A stretch of 64,000 bases of DNA, taken from assembly GCA_051439505.1 (NCBI GenBank), contig JBFRWI010000160.1, forward strand, positions 1 through 64,000. Direction: 5' to 3'. Below the pieces are notes generated by a model, which was not told where the DNA came from, did no database searches, and saw only the letters and a list, made by a program, of their open reading frames with translations. Origin of the DNA: Hormoscilla sp. (lineage in GTDB: Bacteria > Cyanobacteriota > Cyanobacteriia > Cyanobacteriales > Desertifilaceae). The translations under genes were made by a program, and so were the position numbers. Shown in pieces: positions 12,101-20,867 of the stretch; positions within the stretch are counted from its first letter, which is position 1, and each line of letters starts with the position of its first letter.

Positions 12101-12982
12101 ATACTTCCAGTCCTCATCGACATCCTCCCCATAAGTTATTTCCCTCAAGGTGCGGTTCAACAACTCCTCCCGTTCGTATCCGACAATCTCGCAAAATTTT
12201 TGATTGCAGCGCATGATTTTGCCGCTATAATCTACATGGGCGATGCCAACTGCTGCTTGTTCAAAGGTATCCCGGAAGCGCTGGGCGTGCTGGCGTGACT
12301 GAGCTTTTTCTGCTGACAAGCTGCGATCTATCCGTCTGAATAGCACTGCTGCTAATATCGAACTAGCGACTCCCAAAGCCGCCGATCCGTAGAGTGCTAT
12401 CCATATCATTTCCCGCTGACTTTTCAAAGTCTGCTTGCGACTCATCAACAGACGCTCTTCCTCTGCTATAAATAACTTTAGCTTGCTGCGAGTCCTATTC
12501 GTTGCCATTTTACTTGCCGCCATTATCTCTGATAATGCTGCTTCCGACTCTGCCATCTGCAGATTTAGGGTAAGATAATATTGCAAATGATCCAGTCGAT
12601 TTTCTACTGCGTTTTTAATTTCCAGGATTCTCTGACTCTGCTTGGGGTTATCTTGCACTAGATACCTCAGTTTCTCTAGGGACTCGGGAATAACTGCGAT
12701 CGCCTCTTGATAATCTGCGAGTAACTCTTGATTTTGAGTCAGTACATATCCGCGCATTCCTGTTTCTGCATCTATTAACTTAGAGAGAAGTCGTTCTGCT
12801 GATAAGCGCACTTGATGAGTATGATCCACCCATTTTCCCGCTTCTGACATCTTCACCTGTAACCACCCAAAAATTCCCAGGGATGTCACCAAACAGGAAA
12901 TCGGAATAGCCGCAATTAACATTCCCCTTTTTCCTACTGATAATTCTTTCCAGTAATCGCCTAAACTTTTGATATCACTCAT
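9194..12982 (-). CDS. Multi-sensor hybrid histidine kinase (CHASE3, 3xPAS, HisKA, HATPase, 2xREC, Hpt)
   Basis: DAETGMRGY CHASE3 motif; DITERK PAC motifs; FLANMSHEIRTP; MDCQMP; AHRLKGSSANVGA. Confidence 0.95.
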   Translation of the reverse strand: MSDIKSLGDYWKELSVGKRGMLIAAIPISCLVTSLGIFGWLQVKMSEAGKWVDHTHQVRLSAERLLSKLIDAETGMRGYVLTQNQELLADYQEAIAVIPESLEKLRYLVQDNPKQSQRILEIKNAVENRLDHLQYYLTLNLQMAESEAALSEIMAASKMATNRTRSKLKLFIAEEERLLMSRKQTLKSQREMIWIALYGSAALGVASSILAAVLFRRIDRSLSAEKAQSRQHAQRFRDTFEQAAVGIAHVDYSGKIMRCNQKFCEIVGYEREELLNRTLREITYGEDVDEDWKYFSQLLAAKITTYSREKRYIRKQGDIVWANLTVSLASVEKESEKQEQSTGKYAIGVIEDITERKQAEAELNRFFDLSMDMLAIGGSNGYLKRVNPAVEKILGYSISEFLATPWIEFIHPEDKAASKAEVDRILAGCQTTEFENRFRSKDGDYKWLAWMARAIATEGLFYSVARDITDRKQAEAAKEREYQQLREIIANAPVAIAMLDNQMCYIAYSKKWLEDYQLQGELLGRSHYEVFLKQPDRWIEVHQRALTGEVISSSEDPIEYRDGTVGYISWEIHPWYAERGKIGGVAIATNKIDELVQAREAALENARLKSQFLANMSHEIRTPMNGVLGMAGLLSKTELTRKQQDFINAIHTSAQHLLLIINDILDFSKLEAGEMELERLDFDLYDCLETAIDLLATQVEEKGLELGLLVDPNVPRQLQGDPGRLRQVLVNLMGNAIKFTDKGSVVVRVKLPDRRRRTPNKICFEVTDTGIGIPTEAREKLFQSFSQVDASTTRQYGGTGLGLAICKQLVELMGGTIGVESAVGRGSTFWFTAKFARSTTRKPSRREVLTDLKLLVADSSATVRQSLRYLTDAWGMRLDEVADGKAALKHLRQAATESDPYDVALFDEQLLNELAQIVNSEIPQTKLVVMTPMNQRDRPDRLTNIRVSSQLVKPVRPSRLFDTLITAMANEIETVLESRRYSSTPPQQETTTHQPLEGLKILLVEDHPINQEVMLNQLSIIGYEADLAGNGQEALDLLQQKDYDLVFMDCQMPVKDGYLTTQELRQMEAGSGRHTIVIALTAHAMPADREKCLAAGMDDYISKPVEQEDLEILLNRWTESRRGKIENEVGSEVVKRSDISQPERSSIDNDNPPLDLKRLNSISKGRVEFQQRLLRVFMEKAEVDIAALGEAIAHSDFDQIQSYAHRLKGSSANVGASEVRAIAAQIETLARENTLANSQELFASMEAELDLVRTFIQDHFQK

Positions 12983-13061
12983 CTTTCTTCTTCTCTTGAC
13001 TGGGTAAAATTTTACCTCTATCCCGGGTTAGAGATTAACCCGGTCTTGGGAACATTACTGG

Positions 13062-13463
13062 TTATAAGATTTGATTGAATAAAGTCCGAATTGACTCTAT
13101 CCTTTGGCGGTTTACCCCGAGATCTGACTGTCCCAAACGGGAGGCCGATCGGGCGTGAATCACCTTAGCATCATCATCCACCAAAAACTCCACATCATCC
13201 ACGTATCCCATCAGTTTACTGGTAAACTCAGCATACAAGTAGTTATCTGATTCAGTAACTATCTTAGTGCGAGGCTGATTTTGGATCGCCATCTTCAGTT
13301 TGGCCAAGGCCGCAGCTGGGGTTGAATTATAGCTCAACGGCTGGATATAATGCTGTTGGTCCGTTTCTGGACCTTGGCTACAGACACAGTTAGGCGATTT
13401 TGGACAAGGGGTCAACTTGCCATTTTTGACGCCAATGTTAGTGGGTCGTATTCCTGCAAACAT
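13062..13463 (-). CDS. DUF1499 family protein
   Basis: CPKSPNCV, GYVDDVEF and SASRLGQSDLGVNRQRI motifs. Confidence 0.9.
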   Translation of the reverse strand: MFAGIRPTNIGVKNGKLTPCPKSPNCVCSQGPETDQQHYIQPLSYNSTPAAALAKLKMAIQNQPRTKIVTESDNYLYAEFTSKLMGYVDDVEFLVDDDAKVIHARSASRLGQSDLGVNRQRIESIRTLFNQIL

Positions 13464-13593
13464 AATTCACTTCAGATCTTGTTTCTGACTGGCCTGGGAG
13501 TTGCGCTCCCAGAACACTCCTTTATTATAACCTTTATTATCACCTTGTCTGGTTCGATCAAAGATATTTTTTTGCGTACCGCCCACCAGCAGC

Positions 13594-13634
13594 GGGTGTA
13601 GTCTTTTTTCTCCAACTGGTGCAAGACCACACCC
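13594..13634. mobile_element. 41-bp minimal copy of the GGGTGTGGTC..GACCACACCC element
   Basis: GGGTGTAGTC..GCAAGACCACACCC; no TSD seen. Confidence 0.65.
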
Positions 13635-13640
13635 AATAAT

Positions 13641-13802
13641 GTCATTGCGAGGGGGGGGGGTACTCCGCGATCGACTTATGGAAAATTTTCACCAACCCCC
13701 CCCCGAAGCAATCTCATACCTAGTCGGGGAGATTGCTTCGGGGGGGATCGGTGGTAACAATCTTTAAGATATCGATTTTGGTTCCCCCCCCCTCGCAATG
13801 AC
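13641..13802. repeat. GTCATTGCGA..GAAGCAATCTC / GAGATTGCTTC..TCGCAATGAC inverted repeat with G-tract/C-tract-bounded inserts in both arms
   Basis: Perfect 10-bp terminal inverted repeat plus an inner stem; related to 61660-62004. Confidence 0.85.
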
Positions 13803-13817
13803 AGATCGTTACACACC

Positions 13818-15563
13818 CTACTGCAACAATGCTTCTAATTGTTGCTGTTGCCAAAGGTTTTGGTATAAACCGGGTTGTTGCAGGAGTTCGGCGTGAGTGC
13901 CGATCTGCACGATCGCACCTCGATCCATGACCAAGATGCGATCGGCGGTTGCTGCTGCCGACATTTGGTGGGAGATAAAAATCACGGTTTGGCGCTTAGT
14001 TCCTTTCGAGAGGTTTCTGAGAATGTTGGTCGCGGTTTGGTTATCGACGCTGGAAAGGGCATCATCTAATATTAACACGGGGGCATCGACAAATAATGCT
14101 CTAGCTAAGGAGGTGCGCTGTCGCTGTCCGCCGGAAAGGGTCACGCCCCGTTCGCCGACGATGGTTTCATATTGTTGGGGAAAGTTACCGATTTCTGAGT
14201 GCATTTGTGCTTGTCTGGCGGCGATTTCGATTTCTATACCTTCCAGAACGGGATCTCCGTAGCGGATGTTATTCTTGATGGTGGTGCTGAACAGAAAGCT
14301 GTCTTGGGGGACATAGGCGATCGCCCCTCGCAAGTCATCTAGTTTCATGAGGGTAATATCGTAACCATCCAGAAAGATAGTCCGGGGGGGAATATCCAGC
14401 AAGCGGGGCAAAGCATTAGCTAAAGTAGATTTCCCAGCACCAATAGGTCCGACTATGGCCACAGTTTCCCCAGGTTTGATGGCAAAATTCACGTCCTTGA
14501 GGGCAGGAGTTTGGGCTCCGGGATAGGTATAATTGAGATGTTGAGCGACGATCTGACCGCGAACCTTTGTTGTCAACTGGGCGGCGTAGTCCAGGTCTTT
14601 AATTTTAGGTTCGACTTGGAAAATGCTCTCGATGCGATCGACACTCACTTGACCCCGTTGATAGGTGCTAAGAGTGAAACCGAGTAAAGCAGTGGGGAAA
14701 ACCAAGCGTTCGGCGTACAGGAGGAGAGCCAAAAAATCTCCAATGGTGATCGTACCACGGGCGATCGCGCTTGTCCCGAGCCACATTAACACGAGCAAAC
14801 TGACATTAGCTAAGGCTTCTATCAGAGGAAATAGCAGATAGCGAGTTCTGGCTAAGCGGAGATTTGCCTCCAACAATTTCTGGTTAAACTGACGAAAAGC
14901 GTGGCGTTCGTTCTCTTCCTGGGCATATATTTTAATCAAACTCATGCCACTCATATCCTCTTGAATGAGGTCGCTGACCCGGGAGAGTTCTTCTTGCACT
15001 TTCTCCTGCTGACTGCGCAGGCGATGGCTAAATAGCTGGACGATAACTAGCATGAAAGGATAGACTGCGATCGCGAATAAAGTCAGCCTTATATTAATAG
15101 ACATCATCAAGGGCAGAGTCAAGCTATAAGCAAAGAGCATATTTGCCAGACTCAGCACCGCAAACCCCACCAGTCGGCGGATATTATCCACATCGCTAGT
15201 AGCGCGGTTAATCAAATCTCCCACTTTATTAGCGGCAAAATAGGAGGGTTCTAAAGTTAACAGGTGCCTAAAGATACTCTGTTTCAGGTCAAATTCTACT
15301 AAACGTCCGACGCCAAAGATTAACAGGCGCGACGCTATGCGAATTACCCACATTATACAGGCCAGTAAGAAGACGATCGCCACGTAGCCCATCACCTGAC
15401 TAAAGTCGAAATTAGTTTGCAGTCGATCGATAGTATTACGAATTTGCAGGGGGATGTAGACGCCGAGGGCGTTGACAATAAATAAAGCTGCGATGCCTAA
15501 AGACACCGGTTTCCAGTGGGGACGCATATAAGCGCCCAGTTTTTGTAACTTTGATTTTGCCAT
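13818..15563 (-). CDS. ABC transporter, fused permease/ATP-binding (MdlB-like exporter)
   Basis: Six TM segments; GPIGAGKS Walker A; LSGGQRQR signature; LILDD. Confidence 0.95.
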   Translation of the reverse strand: MAKSKLQKLGAYMRPHWKPVSLGIAALFIVNALGVYIPLQIRNTIDRLQTNFDFSQVMGYVAIVFLLACIMWVIRIASRLLIFGVGRLVEFDLKQSIFRHLLTLEPSYFAANKVGDLINRATSDVDNIRRLVGFAVLSLANMLFAYSLTLPLMMSINIRLTLFAIAVYPFMLVIVQLFSHRLRSQQEKVQEELSRVSDLIQEDMSGMSLIKIYAQEENERHAFRQFNQKLLEANLRLARTRYLLFPLIEALANVSLLVLMWLGTSAIARGTITIGDFLALLLYAERLVFPTALLGFTLSTYQRGQVSVDRIESIFQVEPKIKDLDYAAQLTTKVRGQIVAQHLNYTYPGAQTPALKDVNFAIKPGETVAIVGPIGAGKSTLANALPRLLDIPPRTIFLDGYDITLMKLDDLRGAIAYVPQDSFLFSTTIKNNIRYGDPVLEGIEIEIAARQAQMHSEIGNFPQQYETIVGERGVTLSGGQRQRTSLARALFVDAPVLILDDALSSVDNQTATNILRNLSKGTKRQTVIFISHQMSAAATADRILVMDRGAIVQIGTHAELLQQPGLYQNLWQQQQLEALLQ

Positions 15564-15613
15564 GTTTGTAGTTGCGCTTTAGCGCCTCTAGGTTTGTAGT
15601 TGCGCTTTAGCGC
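15564..15613. repeat. Tandem GTTTGTAGTTGCGCTTTAGCGC x2 (GTAG-hairpin REP-like)
   Basis: Related GTAG-hairpins at ~20837, ~26778-26832 and ~45141. Confidence 0.75.
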
Positions 15614-16039
15614 TTACCTTTGGGTTTCAGCCTGTAGTACAATATTACAGAATATGCATTTTCAATGCGCGACAGCTTAACATATTCTTGTCGAGAAAGC
15701 TCCGGTGCTCCGGTGTTCGGGTGATCTTCTACAGCGACCAAGCCCGTGCAGCTGGTATTTGGGATCTGAGATACTCATAGACGATTATCTATGGGTAGAG
15801 TAATTTAGTCTGATGAAAGAATGATGTGGTTGCTTCAGAAAAAAACAGGTTTTGTGATACGATGACAATCGGAGTTAGAAACAGGGTGTCGTGCCCAGTG
15901 CATCTAACTTGAGTCATAGGCCGGTTGTTGGCCAAAAGCTAGCAGCTTGGACACCGGCGATCGCTACCTTGATTGAAAGGCACAGATCGCCTACATAGAC
16001 AAGGATCCGAATGGTCTTTGTAATCTAGAACACAAACGA

Positions 16040-16756
16040 ATGACAACGAACAAAGTCAAAGTCATTAGCTTTTCGGGTGCGTACATAGACGCGAAGTACG
16101 TTGAAAATGTGGAAAACTATCCCATTAAGAACCGTACTATCGTCGTTAACCCAGAAGAAACAGACGCTTACCTGAACGAAGCGAACGTCAGCATTATTCC
16201 GTCTTTCTCATCGACCATCCTGGAAGATACTACGATCCAAAAAGCCAAGTCATTGCTTTTGCTTGAGGTGGTACAGACCAAAAACATCGGCAATATTGTC
16301 TTTGAGCCTGGGTGGGATTTATTAGGTAATTTCCCCGACGAGGACTTTCCCAAAGACGTACAGCTTTGGAAGTCGGGCCAAGATGAGGCGGGAATAATAG
16401 AAGTAGATCCCTACTTTATGGCCAGGCAGTCGAGTACCCCCGGTCACAAAGAACAGTTCTGTGTGAAAGTGAACCTCTGGTTTGCCCCTTCCCATACGGA
16501 TTGTGCAATCCATAACCAACATGACTTTCTGGAGATTCACACGCAAGTCTTCGGACATGGACGGATGCAGAAGTTCAAGGTGAAAAGTTTTGAGAGTCTC
16601 TATGAAGACCTCGTGATGACTGAGGGATACACCCAGATCGTGCCATTCTGCCAGGTTCACGAAAACCAGCAATATACCTATCCGTGGCATCAATATTATT
16701 CGGATACGGATTGCATCTGGATGGCGATCGAATATCATCCCCAAAAAAAAGGCTAA
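16040..16756 (+). CDS. Stand-alone cupin resembling the cupin domain of fungal aldos-2-ulose dehydratase/isomerase (AUDH)
   Basis: NLWFAP..TDCAIHNQHDFLEIHTQV.G.G.MQKF and YPWHQYYSDTDCIWMAIEYH motifs, recognised from memory. Confidence 0.7.
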   Translation: MTTNKVKVISFSGAYIDAKYVENVENYPIKNRTIVVNPEETDAYLNEANVSIIPSFSSTILEDTTIQKAKSLLLLEVVQTKNIGNIVFEPGWDLLGNFPDEDFPKDVQLWKSGQDEAGIIEVDPYFMARQSSTPGHKEQFCVKVNLWFAPSHTDCAIHNQHDFLEIHTQVFGHGRMQKFKVKSFESLYEDLVMTEGYTQIVPFCQVHENQQYTYPWHQYYSDTDCIWMAIEYHPQKKG

Positions 16757-16800
16757 CGCCAAGGCCAAAGCTAACGAGAACTAAACAGAAGAGTCACACA

Positions 16801-19800
16801 ATGGCAAGCAATATTTTTCCAAGCAATCGCGTTTATAAATTTCTCAACGTCGAGGAATACTTTGACGGATATGGTGGCTACAAAGCATGGGATAAACTCG
16901 GAGATGCAAAAAGTCCTTCCTTTGACGGGAAATATACATTGAGCCTGAAGTTCGACAAGGCCAGTGGAGGCGAGTGCCTCATGTTGATTGAGATCAGTCA
17001 GAACGATGTCTTGCGGGTGCGCTTTAACCCAACAAAAAGTGCAGTAGGGGATTACGCCACATCCACTCACCTGGACGATCACGAGACAGACGAGGAGATC
17101 CTGAGGAACAAGCAACGCACTGTAACTTACAAAAATAACGGAAATCAGGTAGTCCTGACGGCGACTAGCCAGTATAATCAGGTTGGCAAGGATACACCCT
17201 TCGTGATGGAAGTGGCGATCACTTTGGCTCCATTCGGAATCAAGGTGTTCAACAAATCTAAAAGCAATTCCGAGTTTGCAGACATTCCCGTCTGGCAAAC
17301 CGCAGACACTTCAATTTACTACACCGCCAATGGCACAGAGGATTATGCCATCATCCAGGCGGTGAAGAAGCCAGCCGATGGAAAGTATATTGGGTTTGGC
17401 GAACAGGGCGGAACCCAACTCGGCAAAAATATGGACCGGTTGAATTATTTCAACTTCGATAACATGCGCTATCGACAGGTCTATAATCGCGGACCTTTAG
17501 AGAACCGCGAACCTCTTTACCACTCCGAGCCTTTCTTTTACGAGTTCAATGGCGTTGCTGGCAGCGATAACGTCAATGCAGTCCTCGTGGACAACCCGAG
17601 TCAAGTCTTAATGGATATCGGCTATAGCAACGCCGGTCGCTATATGTTCGGGACTCGCTTTGGCGACCTTGACTATTACGTGTTGTTGGGAGAAGACCCG
17701 AAGAATATTTTAGATAGCTTTACCGCCTTCATCGGTCGCCCGGAGTTGAAACCGCGCTACGCCCTGGGATATCACCAAGGTTGCTATGGGTACGAATGTG
17801 CGGCAGACCTCAAGTGGGCTGTGGAAAAATATCGGGAGTATCAAATTCCCCTTGATGGTCTTGCGGTGGATGTGGATCTCCAAGAAAACTACCGGACTTT
17901 CACCATCAAGCCGGATTACCAAACGAATAAGAACAACCGGTCTGAGCAAACCTTCGGCAGTCACAAGGAAATGTTCAGTTGGTTGCGGGAGAAGGGAGTT
18001 AAGTGCAGCACCAACATCACCCCCGTGATCAGCAGCCAAGATAAAGACAACCCAAGTCACTACTCAACCTACGACGAGGGACTCAAAAACGGCTACTTCG
18101 TGATGGACAAGCGGTACGATCCAGACAATCCCGAAAGCAAAGAGTACCAAATCTATGGTGGCGGTAACGAATACCGTTCCAACAAAGAATGGTATCAGTG
18201 GCCAGATCCCGAAGGATTCAATAGTGGCAACCCTTACATTGGCGAAGTATATTACGGGGACTACAATGGAGAACCGCTGGGAAGCCCGGGTCATTACTCC
18301 GATCTAGGCCGTCCAGAAGTGCGCGAATGGTGGGGCAAGCAATATAAATACCTGTACGAGCAGGGTCTAGAATTTGTTTGGCAGGATATGACTACTCCAG
18401 CTATCCGCGACACCCGTGGAGATATGAAGGGCTTTCCATTCCAGCTGTATGTGACTAACGACTTTTACCCCTCAGACGTCAAACAAAGCCCAGCCCTCAA
18501 GGTTTGGAATTTGTATTCGTACAATCTCCACAAGGCCACCTACGAAGGACTCAATAACCTGTACCAACTATCCGACGAACTGAAGTGGCGGGAAAACAAG
18601 CGCAACTTTATCATCGGACGAGGCAGTTTTTGTGGTTCTCACAAGTATGCTGGCTTATGGACCGGGGATAACTCCTCAGAATGGGATTTCCTCCAGATGA
18701 ATATCTCCCAAGTCCTGTCTCTGGGCATGAATGCCTTGGCAGTCACCGGGCAAGATATCGGCGGTTTTGAGCAAGAATCTGGTAACGACGAGCAGGGTTG
18801 GGCGAGTCCAGAACTGTTGATTCGCTGGACTGCTGCGGGGGCCTTCTTACCCTGGTTCCGCAACCACTACGTCCGCAAAGGGCGCAAAGATTTCCAAGAA
18901 CCATTCCAATATGTAGAGTGGTTTAACGGCAATCCCCCAGCACCCCAAGACTTGTACCGCATGGTTCCCGACATTTGCCGGCATTACATTGAATTGCGCT
19001 ACCGGCTGATGCAGCTGTTCTATGATGCATTGTTTGAGAACACCCTGGATGGTATGCCCATCTGTCGTCCCTTGTTCCTCAACGATCCTCAAGACAAGTC
19101 TCTCTACAACGATAAAGACCAATTCCTCAACGACGAGTTCTTTGTTGGCAAGGATTTCCTCGTTGCTCCAGTCTTGCGGCCTCAGAGTGAATGTAATGGT
19201 GGCAAGCGGGATGTCTATCTGCCCCAAGGTAGCTACTGGTATAACTTCAAGAACAACGTTCAGTCCCTGACCGCTCCGGAAGAAGGCGGAACGGTGTTGC
19301 GCGATTTTGATGCCAACATCAATATGGAAGGCCAGCACATTAACTTTATCGTTCCCATCTACATCCGGGAGGCAGCGATTATTCCCACAATCGAGCTGGA
19401 ACAATATGTGGGAGAACGGAACGCCAATGGACAGACGAACCCCATTACCCTGAACGTATATCCAGACGTGCAGCGGAATGGAGGGGAATATCATATGTAC
19501 TTGGATGATGGGGAGAGCCGTTCTTCTGCCCCGAAATCTCAAGTGGACGATCCCAAGGCGAACGACGAATACCGCCACACTGTGATTACCAACGCATACA
19601 GTGGGGACAAGACCCGGGTGATTAAAGTAGAGCGGGTCCACGACGGATATACGCCTATGGAGGACTTTTTCTTCGTAGCAGTATTGCACGATCCTGGCGA
19701 ACAAAAGGGAACCCACGGTCCGTTGACGAGCATTAGTATCGGCACGCAACAGCTACCGATTGTGAGTGACAGTGGTGCCCTCTGGGGTTCTGGCAGCAAC

Positions 19801-19890
19801 AGCTGGTATTACAACGAGAGCCTCAACATCAGTTTCGTCAAGGTGTTCGATAGCAGCAAGTCGATCGCCATCAAGGCGAACTACGTGTAA
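16801..19890 (+). CDS. GH31 enzyme, alpha-1,4-glucan lyase-like
   Basis: Nucleophile motif VWQDMTTP; acid/base region WTGDNSSEW; NYFNFDNM.Y.QVY..G.L..REPLYHS.PF, YSYNLHKAT and RNHYV.K.RK.FQEP segments resemble algal/fungal lyases; likely start ATG 16801. Confidence 0.85.
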   Translation: MASNIFPSNRVYKFLNVEEYFDGYGGYKAWDKLGDAKSPSFDGKYTLSLKFDKASGGECLMLIEISQNDVLRVRFNPTKSAVGDYATSTHLDDHETDEEILRNKQRTVTYKNNGNQVVLTATSQYNQVGKDTPFVMEVAITLAPFGIKVFNKSKSNSEFADIPVWQTADTSIYYTANGTEDYAIIQAVKKPADGKYIGFGEQGGTQLGKNMDRLNYFNFDNMRYRQVYNRGPLENREPLYHSEPFFYEFNGVAGSDNVNAVLVDNPSQVLMDIGYSNAGRYMFGTRFGDLDYYVLLGEDPKNILDSFTAFIGRPELKPRYALGYHQGCYGYECAADLKWAVEKYREYQIPLDGLAVDVDLQENYRTFTIKPDYQTNKNNRSEQTFGSHKEMFSWLREKGVKCSTNITPVISSQDKDNPSHYSTYDEGLKNGYFVMDKRYDPDNPESKEYQIYGGGNEYRSNKEWYQWPDPEGFNSGNPYIGEVYYGDYNGEPLGSPGHYSDLGRPEVREWWGKQYKYLYEQGLEFVWQDMTTPAIRDTRGDMKGFPFQLYVTNDFYPSDVKQSPALKVWNLYSYNLHKATYEGLNNLYQLSDELKWRENKRNFIIGRGSFCGSHKYAGLWTGDNSSEWDFLQMNISQVLSLGMNALAVTGQDIGGFEQESGNDEQGWASPELLIRWTAAGAFLPWFRNHYVRKGRKDFQEPFQYVEWFNGNPPAPQDLYRMVPDICRHYIELRYRLMQLFYDALFENTLDGMPICRPLFLNDPQDKSLYNDKDQFLNDEFFVGKDFLVAPVLRPQSECNGGKRDVYLPQGSYWYNFKNNVQSLTAPEEGGTVLRDFDANINMEGQHINFIVPIYIREAAIIPTIELEQYVGERNANGQTNPITLNVYPDVQRNGGEYHMYLDDGESRSSAPKSQVDDPKANDEYRHTVITNAYSGDKTRVIKVERVHDGYTPMEDFFFVAVLHDPGEQKGTHGPLTSISIGTQQLPIVSDSGALWGSGSNSWYYNESLNISFVKVFDSSKSIAIKANYV

Positions 19891-19936
19891 GATAGAGTTG
19901 GGTTAGGAAGTCCTAATTCAATCATCTTCGGTGAGT

Positions 19937-19982
19937 GAGAGCGAGTCGGATAAGAGCGATAACTAGCTTCCGACTCGCTCTC
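19937..19982 (+). terminator. 14-bp perfect stem-loop after the lyase gene (terminator or mRNA stabiliser)
   Basis: GAGAGCGAGTCGGA / TCCGACTCGCTCTC; only a weak U-tail. Confidence 0.55.
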
Positions 19983-20065
19983 CTAGTTTGTCTGTGCTTT
20001 AGATAACCAAGCTTTATCTGGGATAAGCATTGTGAGTTTGTTGAAGAGTTGTCAGGAGATAGTCG

Positions 20066-20602
20066 ATGAGTTCTATAAATCCTTTGGGGATTTGGAAGTG
20101 GTTAAAAGCCGGGATCTTAACTACTGCGATCGCGATCGGGCTTTGCTGCGCGTGTTTTGCAAATCCAGTCCTGGCGGATGCTTCTGTTGGGAACGCGGAA
20201 CCGATCTCGAACAATTTGGTGGCCTATTACCCGGGTGCAAATGAAACGACAGAGGAAACGAAAAAGTTATGGCAACACCACATTAACGCATGGGAGGCAC
20301 GAGACTTAGATGGCATTATGACTGAATATCGGGAAGACTCCATATTTATTCGGAATAATAAGGTTTTCAAAGGGATTGCAGAAATCCGCAGTGTTTTTCG
20401 TAATCTCTTCGGCTTATTTGACAATGGCAGTAACATCATCGATCCTGCTGTGCTTGAAGAAGAAATTATCTACATTACTTGGCACTTTACGCCTAACAAC
20501 GATCGCGAGTACTATGGAACGGACAGCTTTGTCGTGCAAAACGGCATCATTAAATACCAAACGATTGCTTCTCTACTGTATGAAAAATACTTAGTAGAAT
20601 AA
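20066..20602 (+). CDS. SnoaL-like / NTF2-fold protein with signal peptide
   Basis: Hydrophobic N-terminus ending PVLA-D; HHINAWEARDLDGIMTEY and GTDSFVVQNGII motifs. Confidence 0.8.
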   Translation: MSSINPLGIWKWLKAGILTTAIAIGLCCACFANPVLADASVGNAEPISNNLVAYYPGANETTEETKKLWQHHINAWEARDLDGIMTEYREDSIFIRNNKVFKGIAEIRSVFRNLFGLFDNGSNIIDPAVLEEEIIYITWHFTPNNDREYYGTDSFVVQNGIIKYQTIASLLYEKYLVE

Positions 20603-20867
20603 AAACCCTAGATATCTGAGGTTCGATGTAATTTACATCATGCAGCTATTCCCCTTATTGACTGCGTGATTTGTCGAGACAGAAAATACAAAAGCATCTG
20701 TCTCGGCCAAGATATCAATTACTTCTGCTAACTTCCCTTCTTTGTTGAAAACGAGCAGCCGATCGAGGCGATCGCCCGATGAGAGATGTTGAATAGGAAC
20801 AGTATAAATCTTGGGTATCATGGGTTATATTCGTTCGTAGTAAGCGCTTTAGCGCTTATTTGTCAGA

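Noticed and set aside
16684..16800. N-terminal extension of the GH31 ORF
   Set aside because: Overlaps the cupin gene in another frame; ATG 16801 is the more plausible start
18847..19749. 300-aa antisense ORF, and similar ones opposite metH, tamB, rplK and nhaS3
   Set aside because: Shadow ORFs of well-supported genes with no recognisable motifs
20633..20821. 62-aa minus-strand ORF
   Set aside because: Could be a gene fragment, but I recognise no family and have no independent support
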